From Octopus vulgaris (lineage: Eukaryota): a DNA stretch of 64,000 nucleotides. The notes under the pieces were generated by a model. The model saw only the letters and a list, made by a program, of their open reading frames with translations, did not search any database and was not told the DNA's origin. The stretch covers positions 26,040,001 to 26,104,000 of the forward strand of contig OX597820.1 of assembly GCA_951406725.2 (NCBI GenBank). Reading direction: 5' to 3'. This document shows, in pieces, positions 37,064 through 50,207 of this stretch. The first letter of the stretch is position 1, and each line of letters starts with the position of its first letter. The position numbers and the translations under genes are program-made.

Positions 37064-38379
37064 ACCAGCAAATGAACCCTGGTAAAGTATTTATTCCAAA
37101 AATATTTCTTTAAAACATTTATTACTTGCAACAAATAAGTACTATATAATATCATTGTTTTTGTAAGTGGCAGGGAGCACATTTTTGTGGGTTGCCCCTG
37201 GCACGGTTTACTCTAGCTGTGCCACTGCTAGAGACCAAACTAATCAAAAAAGGGAACAGATATAAATATTGAAATTTTTTTTATATCTAATAATTAATAG
37301 CCTGAAAAATTATTTTTTTTAATGGAATTATTCTTTGACAATTATAGTAATTGAATAATATCCATGCCTCTACAGGTATCACAGTAAAAGTAAACTACTT
37401 TGAAGCTCAGTCTATTACCCTGCTTTGATTCAAGTTCTAATAATTTACTGTCAAATATTCCACTTCTCTTCCATTATAAATTTATAGAACAAGGTTACAT
37501 ACCCAACATAGTACCCTTAGTAATGCCATCCTTATCAGGACTGCCACTTTACATTGGCAAATAGACTTTTTTGCGGAAGTACTGTTACAACTTATTTCTA
37601 GCTCAGATATTTAAAACTAATTGTTTTTCTCTTAATTAGAAATAATTAAAATTATCCTAGTTTTCCAGCAAGTATGGGGAACAACTCCAGGCATGTTTTA
37701 ATTTTATAAGACTTCATCAGAAAAGCAAAGACTCCACCATTACTTGCTAAAGTAATGAGTGTAAATGTACCAGACCATATACAAATATGCTTGAAAATAA
37801 GCATAGGGTATTTTCTGTTTAACACACTTTTTATTGAAACTTCCAACACAGATGCCAATTATGAAAATTGCAACCACGTTTTCGTAGGAATTTAAGTTTC
37901 AAACTCAAAAGACTGAAATTTTAGCCTATCAGATTTATCGATTCTCAACATCCTATCCAGCCTATTATGGAAGTTGTATATGTTCCCATTGCAACCAACT
38001 AAAACCATGTTAGGGTTTATGGTGCATTGCAAAATTTCTTTGCAAATGTTAACCTGTTTTCTTTTATTAAATATCCTCATTTTTATGTTTTGTAATGTTT
38101 TTGTTAATTTCTCATAAAAAAATAATTAAAAAATTGCCATTTTCAGTACTTTGGGTATCATAATAATAATAATCCTATTATAGGCACAAGGCCTTAAATT
38201 TAGGGGAGGGGGATAGTCGATGACATTGACCCCAGCACTCAACTGGTACTTAATTTATCAATCCCGAAAGGATGAAAGGTAAAGTTGACCTCGGTGGAAT
38301 TTGAACTCGGAACATAGTGACAGGTGAAATACTGCTAAATATTTAATCCAGCGTGCTAACGACTCTGCTAGCTTGCCGC

Positions 38380-38413
<34 letters not shown>

Positions 38414-39160
38414 ATAATAATGGTTTCAAATTTTCGCACAAGGCTTACAACTTCAAGGGAAGGAGTAAGCTGATTAAATCGACCCCCCCCCCCAACACCA
38501 AGAGGACGAAAAGCAAAGTCAACTCGGGTAGCATTTGAACTCACAGCATAAAGATGAAGAAAATGATGCAAAGCATCTTGCGCTTTCCTTAAAATTGTTA
38601 CGGTGTGTACAGGATACATGAGTCTGACAAAAAATTATCAAAAATAAGAAATCAATTTAAAAAAAAAAAAAACAGGCCAGAAAAGCAGGAGAGGTTTAGT
38701 ATATAAGACAAGTAGAGTAGAAAATATTGTATATTTACTAGTTATGACCTATGTCTTATTTGAAGAAGTCTAAAATTAAAATGCCTATTATAAGGCAGTA
38801 TAACAGTCTCTAGAAAGGAAGATTCAAATATAGTTTTTAGTTTGGATACCTCAGTGATTTTGTGTGAGAATGCCAACCATCACGGCACCCCCTGCATGTT
38901 AATTTCTCAACATTTGCATGTATATTATATATACATTATGTATATATAATGCTTTCTCTCCAAGAATTTGAACTACAGTTTTTGCCTCTGTAGGAATGTA
39001 CTACTCTATGACTCACGTCGGTGGACAGGGAGAATAATAGATCTCATTTGTATTTTTGGATTCGCTAGTACTAGGTGTCTGGCATGGTTTGTCCGATGTT
39101 ACAGATATCGGACGGGTATGTTTGATTCTTAGTATTTTCAAATCTAAATCAGAAGAAATC

Positions 39161-39222
39161 TCTGAGCTGATGAAGGAAAAGTGGCGTTTTACCCACGAAT
39201 CCAGAAACAGGCTGTCCTCGGG
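39161..39222 (+). ncRNA. Second type I hammerhead ribozyme-like motif (predicted GUC cleavage after 39216)
   Basis: CUGAG-CUGAUGA-A-GGA-aaa-GUGG-loop-CCAC-gaa-UCC-A-GAAA-CAGGCUG-UC-CUCGG. Stems I and II pair; stem III is near-palindromic (ACAGGCUGU); 10.1-11.1 is A-A. Confidence 0.6.
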
Positions 39223-42200
39223 TATCTTATATGGATGTGATCTTTCATTGTTTTTCCCTTATACCTATGTGAGTTATTTTCTGAGTATGCATTGTCTGGA
39301 GACTTTTATTTGCAGTTGAAGAAATAGCCAAATTTTTGGCTACTATTTCTGAAAAGTTCGGTGTGTGGTAAAGTGAATTTTTACTTTACCATATTTTTAT
39401 AAATTAATACTTCTTATATATATATATATATATATATAAATGTTTGTATACCAAGTCATATAAAGGGTAAAGACCCCCTTCGGTCATGAATGACCATGGG
39501 ATTGCACCTAGAAAGTTACCCTCCTAGACACAAGTCCGGGCAAGGTTGTTTATGGAAGACCAGCAGTCGCCCATGCATAACGACCTCCCTCTCCACGCCA
39601 CCAGTGTTATCCAAGGGAAAGACAAAGGTCGATACAGCTTGGCACCTGTGACGTCGCAACTTATTTCTACAGTTGAGTGAGCTGGAGCAACGTGAAATAA
39701 AGTGCCTTGCTCAAGAACACAACACGCAGCCCGGTCCGGGTCATATACATACATGCATATGTTCGTGAAATTTATGGATTAAAAAAAAACGTGGCTATGA
39801 ACTGTCGGCTGCACATTTGATGTGAACGATAATTCTAGTTAGACAAAGATCGGTGTACGTTTTAAATAGTTTGTATTTGTTTGAAGTAGAAGTTAAACGT
39901 TGTTCTGTTTACCAATTTTCTTCTACAAAAACATCTAAGTTAGATTACCTCGAAAAACTTGCTTACCACTTGTTTGCATGAAGCAGCTCTCAACACAAGT
40001 CTTGGAATAAGGCTCCACCTTCATATCGTAATCACTTGCCCGGCGCCAATTGCCTCTACTACACAATTTCTCGTACTTACGGAATTATATCGACAAACAT
40101 TTTTGATATGATTTTAATTCTTTTTAGAGAAAAAAAGTTATCCATGATCTTTAAACTGAAAAGTCAATATTAGATTCTGCATAGCAGTACTCGTTCACCA
40201 AGGGAGATAACTCACAAATACACACTCCAATTCTCTGATTTGCTGAGACAGTGATTAAAACGTGTAGCATAAAGCAAATGATCAAATAAATCTTCATCTG
40301 AATAGCGTATCAGTCTATCGCAGTTGAAATTTCCAGATCATCTAGTACCTATTCCGTATGATATGTATCACTCAATAACCAGAATTTCAGTATATTTTCA
40401 TATATAAAAAAATGGTGTATATTATAAAAGAAATTGCAAGGACTGTCTGTCTTATATGAACCTCGACAGGTTATTTATTTCTTTTTACCATTTCTCCAAA
40501 TATCACAGTATATACATTCCTTTTAACATAGCCTTCTTCCTCTATGAAAATATTACGAGGTTCTGGCTGTGACAGATGTAAGACAAAAACCTGAAAAGAA
40601 ACGCTGAAGATTTTACGTCACTAAAGAATACTTTGGTGTAGATTTATGTAGCATAGAAATAGAAACACATTTTTCGCTAAATAAAATAGATTATCGTATG
40701 TAGTTATCTTTAAGCTAACGAATTAGTGTTAATATTTATACCTACTTAGATTTAGACGGTCTCGACCGATGGACCGCTGTTGATTTCGACATACATGTGC
40801 GTGCCCCCACTCTCGATTTTGTTTCCTCATAACTTTTAGAAAAATGTATTTTTTTTTTAATGAAAATTTCAAGTTTCATTTTTTAAATATGCATGTGATG
40901 TGTGTAAGTATCTATGTGTGCGCGCCGGCATTTAAAAAAATTTTTTTTTTTTTACAAATTAAGTTCCGATATAATCGTAAATCTACAACCATCTGAAAGA
41001 TATTAGTAAAATAGCTCTTTAGTAATATTCATTTGTCGGAAAGTTATGCAACATCAAAGTCAGCTCGTGTGAATTATCCGAAACTCCTTTCCCCACCTCC
41101 GAAAAAAAAAAATTACAACGAATTCCTTTATAATCTGAGAAAATATCCATTTTTCTGAAAGTTATGAGAAAAGAAAGCTATGGGAGGGCAGGCTGTGTAG
41201 GTATACCGTGAATTCTTTGGTTGGTTGTCTGGTAATCCCTTTGATACTATGAAGCGTTACCGAAATAACTTGCAGGTAAATCAAATTTACGATTAGTGAA
41301 TTGTCATCCAATATCACAAGGACATTTTGAAGAGGCTATGTATAACTTCAGAAGCTAGAAAAAAAAGACAAAAAAAACCCACAAAAACAAAACGAAAATA
41401 CTTGTATGAATACGGAATAAAATTTTAAAAAATCAAAATAATCTTCATATAGATTATTTACACGAGATATTAGTTGATGTGTTTAAGATAAAATTATTGC
41501 AGTACTTATGTTATCATTTAGATGGCAACAACCCGCGACGCTCTTTTTGCTATCTTACGTTCCGAGTTCAAATTCTACCGAGGTCGATTTTGCCTCTCAT
41601 CCTGTCGGAGTCGATAAAATAAGTACAAGTGGAGTACTGGGATCGATGTACTCGACTAACCTACGCCCTCAAAATTGCTGGCCTTGTACCAAAATTTAAA
41701 ATCATTTTCGTTGCGTAGAATAATTTATTTTTCTATTCAGATATAATTATTGCTTAATATAAATTATTGGCTTTCCTCTTGTATAGGTATGATATTATCA
41801 ACAGCTTAAACCTTATTCCTTCAGATGAGAATGTTTAAAGATTGTATATTATTGCGATCGCGCAAAAAAGAAAAAAAAAATGAATAAATAAATAAACACT
41901 TTTCAGCGGCGGAGTATTTTAGCACTCACCTGCTTCCTTTTCCTAACTTTTCAGTTTTGATTTTCTCTTCAAAATATTTTTAGATCTATGTTTTAAACAT
42001 CCGAAATTATGATTCTTCGAAAATATCATGCAGCTTAAATCAGAAAGTTCTTTTTTGAAAGAAAGTCAAAACTGAAAAACTACCGTAAGGGGGCGGAGAA
42101 ACTGCCTCTTTCCCCCGCCCACTTTTTTTTTTTTTACAAATTGATTATCTACGATACGTAAACATATTCGAAGAAATTAGGGATTTTGGCGCACTAGATA

Positions 42201-42989
42201 ACGTCCCACTATATTCTGTAAGAACGTCCAAAGTATTATTAATGAGAATGTTTTTTCTCTCCCATCATCTATATTAATTCTTTATAGTTATCTTCAAAAT
42301 AAAACTGTGAAACTTCAAATCTAGTCAAATATTCTTTATTGTTGTCACTTTCTATCGCATTATCATCTGCAGACGCATGCTTCAGTACTATAGCGGCTGT
42401 AGCTCTGCTACAGTTCCGTTACTGGTACACCACACGAGGAATTAGTAAATTCAAATAAAAATCATTTTCTTTCTTTCTTTTTTTTTTTTTTTCTTGTCCG
42501 GAAAATGAAGTGAAAGAGGAGCTATCGAAGGTATCTTTTAAGCTGGATGCGTTTAGCAACATTTATTTATTTTTGTTAGGGAAGTTCATGGTCACTTCTG
42601 TATTTCAATTAAATTTTCCTACGTTACCTTGACTGGCAACTTTTTTGACTTCTCACACGCTGCACCAATGAAACATAAAGGGGTGGAAATGTGTATTGAC
42701 ATTAACTTTGAACCGCCAAGCAATATTTCATGTTGAAGATTAATACAAATTACAACAGAAAACAATTTTTTCATAAATACAAACTAGGGAAGGTATCACC
42801 GTCTTATCGTAATTTTTCGGTTTTTACTTTTTCTAATTTTTTTTTTCAGATCTACGTTCGAAAAACAAATCATTAATTTTAGTTGTATCTAGCAAAGATG
42901 AAGAAAAGAAGAATATATATACCATTTAAAAGACGCAAAAGAAAAATGCTTTATAAGCCCGCTTAATAATGAGCAAGAGACAACCCAAC

Positions 42990-43600
42990 AAACTGCTCGA
43001 AATATTCGGCCACGCTACCACCGCTTATCTCTCCTGACACAAAAATATTCTTAACATCGCACCTCACACGAATGGCTGTGTCTTCTCTTCAGACAAAACG
43101 ATACACCAGTCCCCGCAAAGCTCAGATGAAGTATGCAATGGAATATTGCTCTTTCAAGTGGGATGGTGCTACTATTTCACAAATGGATATTCTAGACTGC
43201 ATTTAGAAAAGGGCCACCCGACTGACAAGCATAGTCTCACATAAGCACGGCCTTTGATCCACTTGTGCGCTGTCTCATCTCTCTGTCTTAAATAAAGGTT
43301 AAGGTCGCTCGACTCATCGGTTACTACAATGACCTCAGTTCCTCGGATATGACTGAGCTCCTGCCACCTTTACTCAGACATTCACGACCCACTCCTCTCT
43401 TCTTTCATATTCCTAATTCCTTCAGATCCTCACTAACCACTACGTCCAGTTCTTCCTTCCTAGAACATCGGCTCCCTAGTATCCTCTTTTCTGCTTATGT
43501 CTTTTCCGCATGTATTAACGTGCAAAGGTTCGAGAGGAACATTAATGACATCGATCTGCTTACCCTAAAGAGGTTCTGTGAGGGCCTTGGAAACTGACTT
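42990..43600 (+). mobile_element. Decayed CR1/L2-group LINE 3' fragment
   Basis: KAQMKYAMEYCSFKWDGATISQMDILDCI*KRATRL ... NHYVQFFLPRTSA ... VQRFERNIN. Confidence 0.8.
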
Positions 43601-46600
43601 TTCTGTTAGTTATACCAAATAAATATATGCATTAATGATAGAAACTGAATCAAGAATTAAAAATAGGAAAACCTTCGCTCCATTTTCTAACTATAACAGC
43701 ATTTAGCTATAAGTTAGAGTTGGGATATGGTTTCGCATTAAAATAATTCCACCGCACAACAGACGTTGATATTTTACCCATACTAAGCAAAAACGTCATC
43801 AGTTTAAAATAACTTCTCCAGTGAAGAACATTTTAAAAATAAAATCACTTGATCGATAGAGAAATAAAATAACGAGAAAATTATGTCTAAATACTGATTT
43901 AAAATTTGAATAATTAATTTACGGTTAGTATGTGTTCATTCTAACGTTTTTTAAACTACAAACTAAACGCGCGCACACTCACAGCATCTATTTTATATAT
44001 ATAAGTTAGCTACCTTACGTGGTTTCGTTTTTCGTTCTCCGTAAGAACTAGTTTTAGTGTAACTGAAATAATTATTTGACACAAGGGAGATAAGATCATT
44101 CTAACAAGTAAACATCTGGAAGTGTTCAAGCTTTTGAATATTTTCGTATAAATATTATTATAATTTAAGCTTACAGAACTTTTTAAAATAAATTTAAATA
44201 TTTCACACATATATAAATATATTCAAAGGGTTTATTTTCAATTATCATAAAAAATGTGTGAATATTTTTTTTGATTCCTCATTAATAATTAACGCGTAAT
44301 TTTAATAGATATTTTATTTTTAGTTGTTTTAAAGGTGTTTACAACAATTTTATCAATTTTTATTTCAAAAGCTTTTAGAATTTTGAAGACAATTTTAGTA
44401 TAAAAGATAAATAAAGGTTAAGGTCGCTCGACTGATCGGTTTCTCAGCAGATAAAAGCTTATGTCGTCATGGTTGTTTTGAGCTAAGATAGCATTGATTC
44501 AGCACACATCCCATCAAAGGCACTCCAGCCATGAAAATTCAATCTCTTTAGGGCTATGTAAGATTATACAGTCCAGCGTGTCCTTTCTTTTTCCAAGACA
44601 GCGTGTAAAATAATATAGATTTGGCTGCTATTTCTAGCAAATCGAGCGACCACTTATAGGCTCGCACGTTGGTTCGTTCTTTATTGTATCGTGTAAACAA
44701 TTGACGTGTTTATCTCCCCTTAAGACCACGGACCATCTGGGCGGAGAGGGAGAGGGGGAGAGAAACCGACAACAAAAAGAGAGGGAGAGAGAAAGAGTGA
44801 GTGGACGAGAAAGAGAAACAAAAAGAGAGAAGCTGAGAATATAAAGCGGGAAGGCAGCAAAATATTACAAAGATCGCCGAATAATAAATAAGTGTATTGG
44901 CATATTAATGTCGATTTTGTTGATGTTTATTGTCTCTTCAACACATCTATTGCAATAGGTTTCATATGAATCATAACAATGGATGGAATTTGATCTGTTG
45001 TGAATGCAAAGAATTTTTTTTCTTCTGCAAATGTTTTTTTTTTCTTTGGAAGAAGAAATTGTTATTTATTATAAATTAATATACGCATGTATATTTTTTC
45101 GCTATTATAAGAAATAAATATTTAGTCGCGTAAGCAGAAATGAAAATTTGGTAGTAGTTTTAACTAAACAGAAGCGATTATTTTGTTGAATTAAAACAAG
45201 ATGTTTTAATATTTCTATGAAATGAATGAAAGATTGATTATTCTAAAATTAAAAGCCTTCGTAAAATTATTTCGCTCTTCTATTAAAAAAAAGGCTTTAA
45301 TTGTTGATATTTTAAATATTTAAAAATCGTGAAAATATTATTTATTTGGTATCTATTTCATCAGCTTTGACAAATCAATGAAAATTTATAATATTCTTTA
45401 ACTAAAGGCTTTATTTTTTTACTTATAAATACAATATATCTTTGTCCAAAAGTGTTACTAATACATAAAAAAGTCCTTTATCTTTTAGGCATATTTCTTT
45501 GAATATTGTTAGAGGTATGAGGTAAATTTGATATTAGGAAAAATTTATAGAAAATTAAATTTTCTCACAAAGTTGAAAGATAAAAAATTTATTCTAAAGT
45601 TTCTGTTGGTAATTTTTCAAATGCAAAAACATTTTAAATTAGCATAAGGAACACTAACGCTTGAAAAATTCCGTCACAAATATATACTTTGCAAATAGAA
45701 ACTGTCAGGGTTTAATCATCCCAGTTTGAAACTTTCATTTACTCTCAACATAATTTCTGCTATGTTATTTCTCTCCTCTACTCATATGTTTTTCCCTGCT
45801 CTATTCTTTTTTTTTAGAGCATATTTGGTATTTTACACATTGTTATACGAATCCCATGAAGTTTTTTTTCTCTCTTCAAAATCAAATGGTTGATAAAAAT
45901 TTCTTTTTTTAATATTATCATATTCTCTGCGTTTTTTAGTTTTCGAGGCCACATGAAAGCCGAAATGTTTACCTTGTTAAAAGCGAAGTTGTTTTCGTAA
46001 ACTAAAAAAGAAACGGGACATTCTTAATTATGATTTATTTATTACAAATAACCTTATCTAATATTTTTAAATAATTGTTCAACTTCATCATTAGCGAGTC
46101 TTCGATGATAGTTATCCCCACCAGAACCAGGACAAAGTCGAATGCGATGATGAAAGAAGGCCATTATTTAGAAGCCACTGTCTCATTTTCATGTTCTGAT
46201 AGACTCTTCTTATCAACATTCGTTACACTTGGGTAGTTAATGTCCATGCTTTTTCACGTTAATTATGAATATAATAAAATATTTGGCGAATCCTACTGAA
46301 TTGATACAAATATAGTGGATACTAACTATAACGTCTACGCATTACTGGTTCCTTTTAGAATTGAAACACATTCTGTAAGAATTCCACTCACTTTTCACTA
46401 ATAAAAAGTATTGAAGATCGAAAGTTTTCGATATTGTAAAGAAATAGTGAACACCAGAGAGCTGGATTGATATTAGGAAGCATCTACTGTGCCTTTCCCA
46501 TTATTTCAAACGAATCCACCAAACATTTTTGAAACTATATATATATATAATTAACATCAGTAAAACATGATTATTAACTAACCAAGTATATCAAATGTTA

Positions 46601-47624
46601 ACAAAAGGGAGTCAGAGAGGTTAAGGGCAAATAAAGGAGGTAATTATTTCACTTCAAATTTACTGCCTTCGTCGCTTTTGATCTGTCCTGGATGTACTGA
46701 GGATATGAAATGAAAGCTCATCAAAGTACCTGCGAATGATGGATATGAAAATGATTTTTGAATATATCAAGACCATTTATTATTTGTAGTTAATAAATAG
46801 CATTTTTTTTTCGCCCAGAAAAACACCTTCCCCTATGACAATGTAAACACTTACTTTCATCCCCCCCCCCGGAAACGAAAAAAAAGCGCCAAATTCTATA
46901 ACGTCAAAGGTTTGAAGGCCATCATAAATAGGCATATTTTTTTTGTTTACACCGAAGCTTTAACGGAATAAATGATTTTATTTATTTTTTGCTTTAATTC
47001 CATAAGGAAGAAGAAATACAACAAATAAACATGGTATATGCTAGAACCCATTATCAAGGAGACACTCCTAATTATGATAATGTTAATAAATCCGATAAAG
47101 ACAATATCGGTAACAGAAGACAGTTACTATTTTATCAATCTGCTTTCAGGTTGGGCATGAATTTCAAAATAATAAACCACCGAACGAGGGATCTTCTATG
47201 CGGTCACTCGGCTTGCTAGAAATACCAGCTAAATCTCCATCAAATCACATCCGCTTCAAAAACCAGAACATGACACATTCGATGAGTAAAAATAGGATGG
47301 TCACTCATGATAAAATAGCTTTGATCGAAATTTTCTCATTGAAATTAGATCTGGGGATAAAAACGAGAACAATTATAAATCAAAACTGATCTTGTTTCAT
47401 CCATGTGTTCCGATGTACATTTTCATATAACCATTGTGTAAACCGTTCTTTTTTTCGTGAGCAAAGAATCGAAAATTAATCACTGTGAGATTAACAAAAA
47501 TATAAGGACAGTACACTTTTCCAACACTTTATTAATTCATTAAAAAAGTTTTGATAGTTAATCTTTTAATTACAACTTCTATATTTATTTCGATCAACTA
47601 GATTCTATTGCAACACTTTCAAGT

Positions 47625-47848
47625 ATTCATTTCTGGCTGAAGGCCAAGCTGGTTTGGTTTGCTCGAGTCGAGAACGTGACACGCGCCAGCGAGCATTGCC
47701 GAAGCTGTGGCGGAAAGTGCCGAACGCCTTTGCCGGGGACACATAACCTTATTGTCTCAAAATGGCGCTTGCTCTCGATAGTCGCAAGCCATGGAAAGGA
47801 GTAATTGTTCGTTAACACACCCCTTAGGGTGATGTTTCGACGACCGCA
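47625..47848 (+). promoter_or_regulatory. GC/CpG-rich promoter and 5' UTR of the ASXL gene; YY1-like AAAATGGCG (47759-47767); upstream AUGs
   Basis: Abrupt GC/CpG-rich island in AT-rich DNA immediately 5' of the ASXL start codon. Confidence 0.65.
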
Positions 47849-47923
47849 ATGCAAACGGAGAATTCTAGAGATAAGCAATCGAAGAAAAAGAAAAGTCGAA
47901 CTTGGTCAGAAGCATCCAAAATT
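47849..47923 (+). CDS. ASXL: First coding exon of an Additional sex combs-like (ASXL/Asx, PR-DUB subunit) gene; start of the HARE-HTH domain
   Basis: ATG..ATT|GTAAGT encodes MQTENSRDKQSKKKKSRTWSEASKI, matching the vertebrate ASXL N-terminus (DKQKKKKERTWAEAARL), with a phase-0 intron at the equivalent residue; in-frame stops upstream. Exon 2 not found in the window. Confidence 0.85.
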
Positions 47924-49415
47924 GTAAGTTGAAACTACTCTTACCTGTCTCTTCGTCTGTGTAATGATGTATATTATTATTATTATCATGGTTATTATTC
48001 GTATCATCGTTATTTTTGTATTACAGCGACTCTAACTTCTTTTGTTCTTTCTGTTTTCTTCTTCGCGAATACATATATTAATAATGATCTATATTAGGTC
48101 AACGAATGTACGTCTACGATACATATATTTATACATACATGTATATATATCTATATAAGATAAAGGCGACGGGGCGGGGGAAGCTGATGGTGGTCGGTCG
48201 GTGTTGTGAAAACCTATGTATTATCTCCCCAGAGACGCCGATCGTAACCTCTGAGTTGGAGCAAATATACCCACATAATCTTTGTCTCACCATCACTCCA
48301 GCTCTATCTATCTATCTATCTATCTATCTATATTTATCTATCTATCTACACACACACACGCAAACATACATTTGAATCTTAAGCGGCTTCAGCAACCTTT
48401 ATCATCATCTCTTTGTGTGTGAGATTTATATAGATATATATATATATATATACGCATATTTACACACACACAATATATAACCTATATATGTACATGTGTA
48501 TGTATAATATATTTGTAAATACATTTGTGTGTGTGTATTTATACGCACACACATATACGTGTCTATGTAAATTTATGTATGGTTTATATATATATATATA
48601 TACACGTTTGTATGTTTATGAATATGAGAGTAGTTAGGTGGGTGATTATATTATGTATATTTTTGTATGTGTATATGACTGCAGGTGTGTGTGTGTAAAT
48701 ATATATATATATATATAATGTGTATGTGTCTAAATCTATGTGTATGTTAGGAACAAACTGAAAGATGGAGTTTTAAACAATGAAAAAGTAGATAAGCAAT
48801 ATTTTTAACTAGAATTTTGTTATCGTTCTGTTATTCTCATCGGTTTTAGTAGTGGAGTGTCATTTGTGTTGTAAATTCTGGTTTTAAAAACCGCTGATCT
48901 CCATCGTCATGAAACCGTAGGTACCAGAACGGTATCAAAAATTTCATTCAAACGTTGACGGTACATACATATATATATATATATATTGGCAACCTAACCC
49001 AACGTCCCTGATTCTTCTATATCTACGCTCCCTTCTGTTTACCTTCTAGGATATGGTATCGTGAGAGCATCTTCTCTCACCTTGTCACCACCATATTTAC
49101 TTCACATTCTGCTACTTCCCTCTATCCACCTCTATCTACCCTTGTAAAATGTGAGGTAGACATGAATCTTCACTACACTAAACCTGTTCCTGCTTCTTCC
49201 ATTAACATCTTGCATAGACTGACCACCCCATCTACTATCCTTTGTCTCTCATTTGAGGGCACTCGCTTTAGCTACAAGGTGACAACACTAGCTGTGGTGC
49301 CATGAAAACACTCAGGACACTCTGTAAAGAGGTTAGCATTAGGATGGAGACCCAGCCATATAAAACCATGTCAATAAGTATATATATGTGTATATACATA
49401 TGTATTAGTCTGAAT

Positions 49416-49446
<31 letters not shown>

Positions 49447-50173
49447 GTTCATTTAACGTCCGCTTTACATGCTGGCATGGGTTAGACGGTTTGAGTGGAA
49501 ATGGTAAGCTGGAGAGAGCTGCACCAGGTTCCAGTCTGATTTTGGTTTGGTTACTACGGCTGGATGATCTTCCTGACACCAACACTCTGAGAGTGTAGTG
49601 GGTGCTTTTTATGTTACCGGCACTGATACTTTTATGTGTCACTGGCATAGGTGATTTTACATGTGTGTATGTGTGTGTGCTGTATGGTTAACAAGTTTGC
49701 TTTCCAATTGCACAGTTTTGGGTTCAGTTCCATTGTATGGCACCTTGGGCAAATATCTTATATTGCCTTAGGCTGACCAAATTTTTCTGAGAGGGCTGAA
49801 AGAAATTAAGTTGATGTGTCTGTGATAGTTGTGTGTGTATGTGTCACCATCGAGTCATATCTTTCATTTCCAATCTGTGTAAATATGTCTGGCCAAGGAA
49901 AAATATTGCTTTCCTTGGAAACACATGAGGATTGGTAACAAGGACATAAGGCTGTAGAAAATCTGCCTCATTGAATTCTGTCTGTGTAATGCAATCATGA
50001 GAAAGTGGATGTAAAGACAATGTGTGTGTGTATATATATATATATATACATACACATATACACACAAACACATATGCAGGTAGGTGTGTGTATATATATA
50101 TATTGTATGAATATGCATATATGTATGTATACATATATACACCCACATGTTTATATATATATGTATATATGTG

Positions 50174-50207
<34 letters not shown>

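Noticed and set aside
37170-38080. Minus-strand ORFs 37652-37858 and 37892-38080 next to a possible hAT-like terminus (~37170-37230)
   Set aside because: No motif I can confidently assign; possibly an old DNA-transposon remnant, but not supportable by eye.
38994-39268. Apparent exon (strong acceptor at 38993, GTGAGT at 39269)
   Set aside because: No frame is open across it and no partner exons were found; it overlaps the hammerhead-bearing repeat.
47627-47878. 83-aa minus-strand ORF over the GC-rich island
   Set aside because: Non-ATG start, no recognisable homology; better explained as the antisense of the ASXL promoter/5' UTR.
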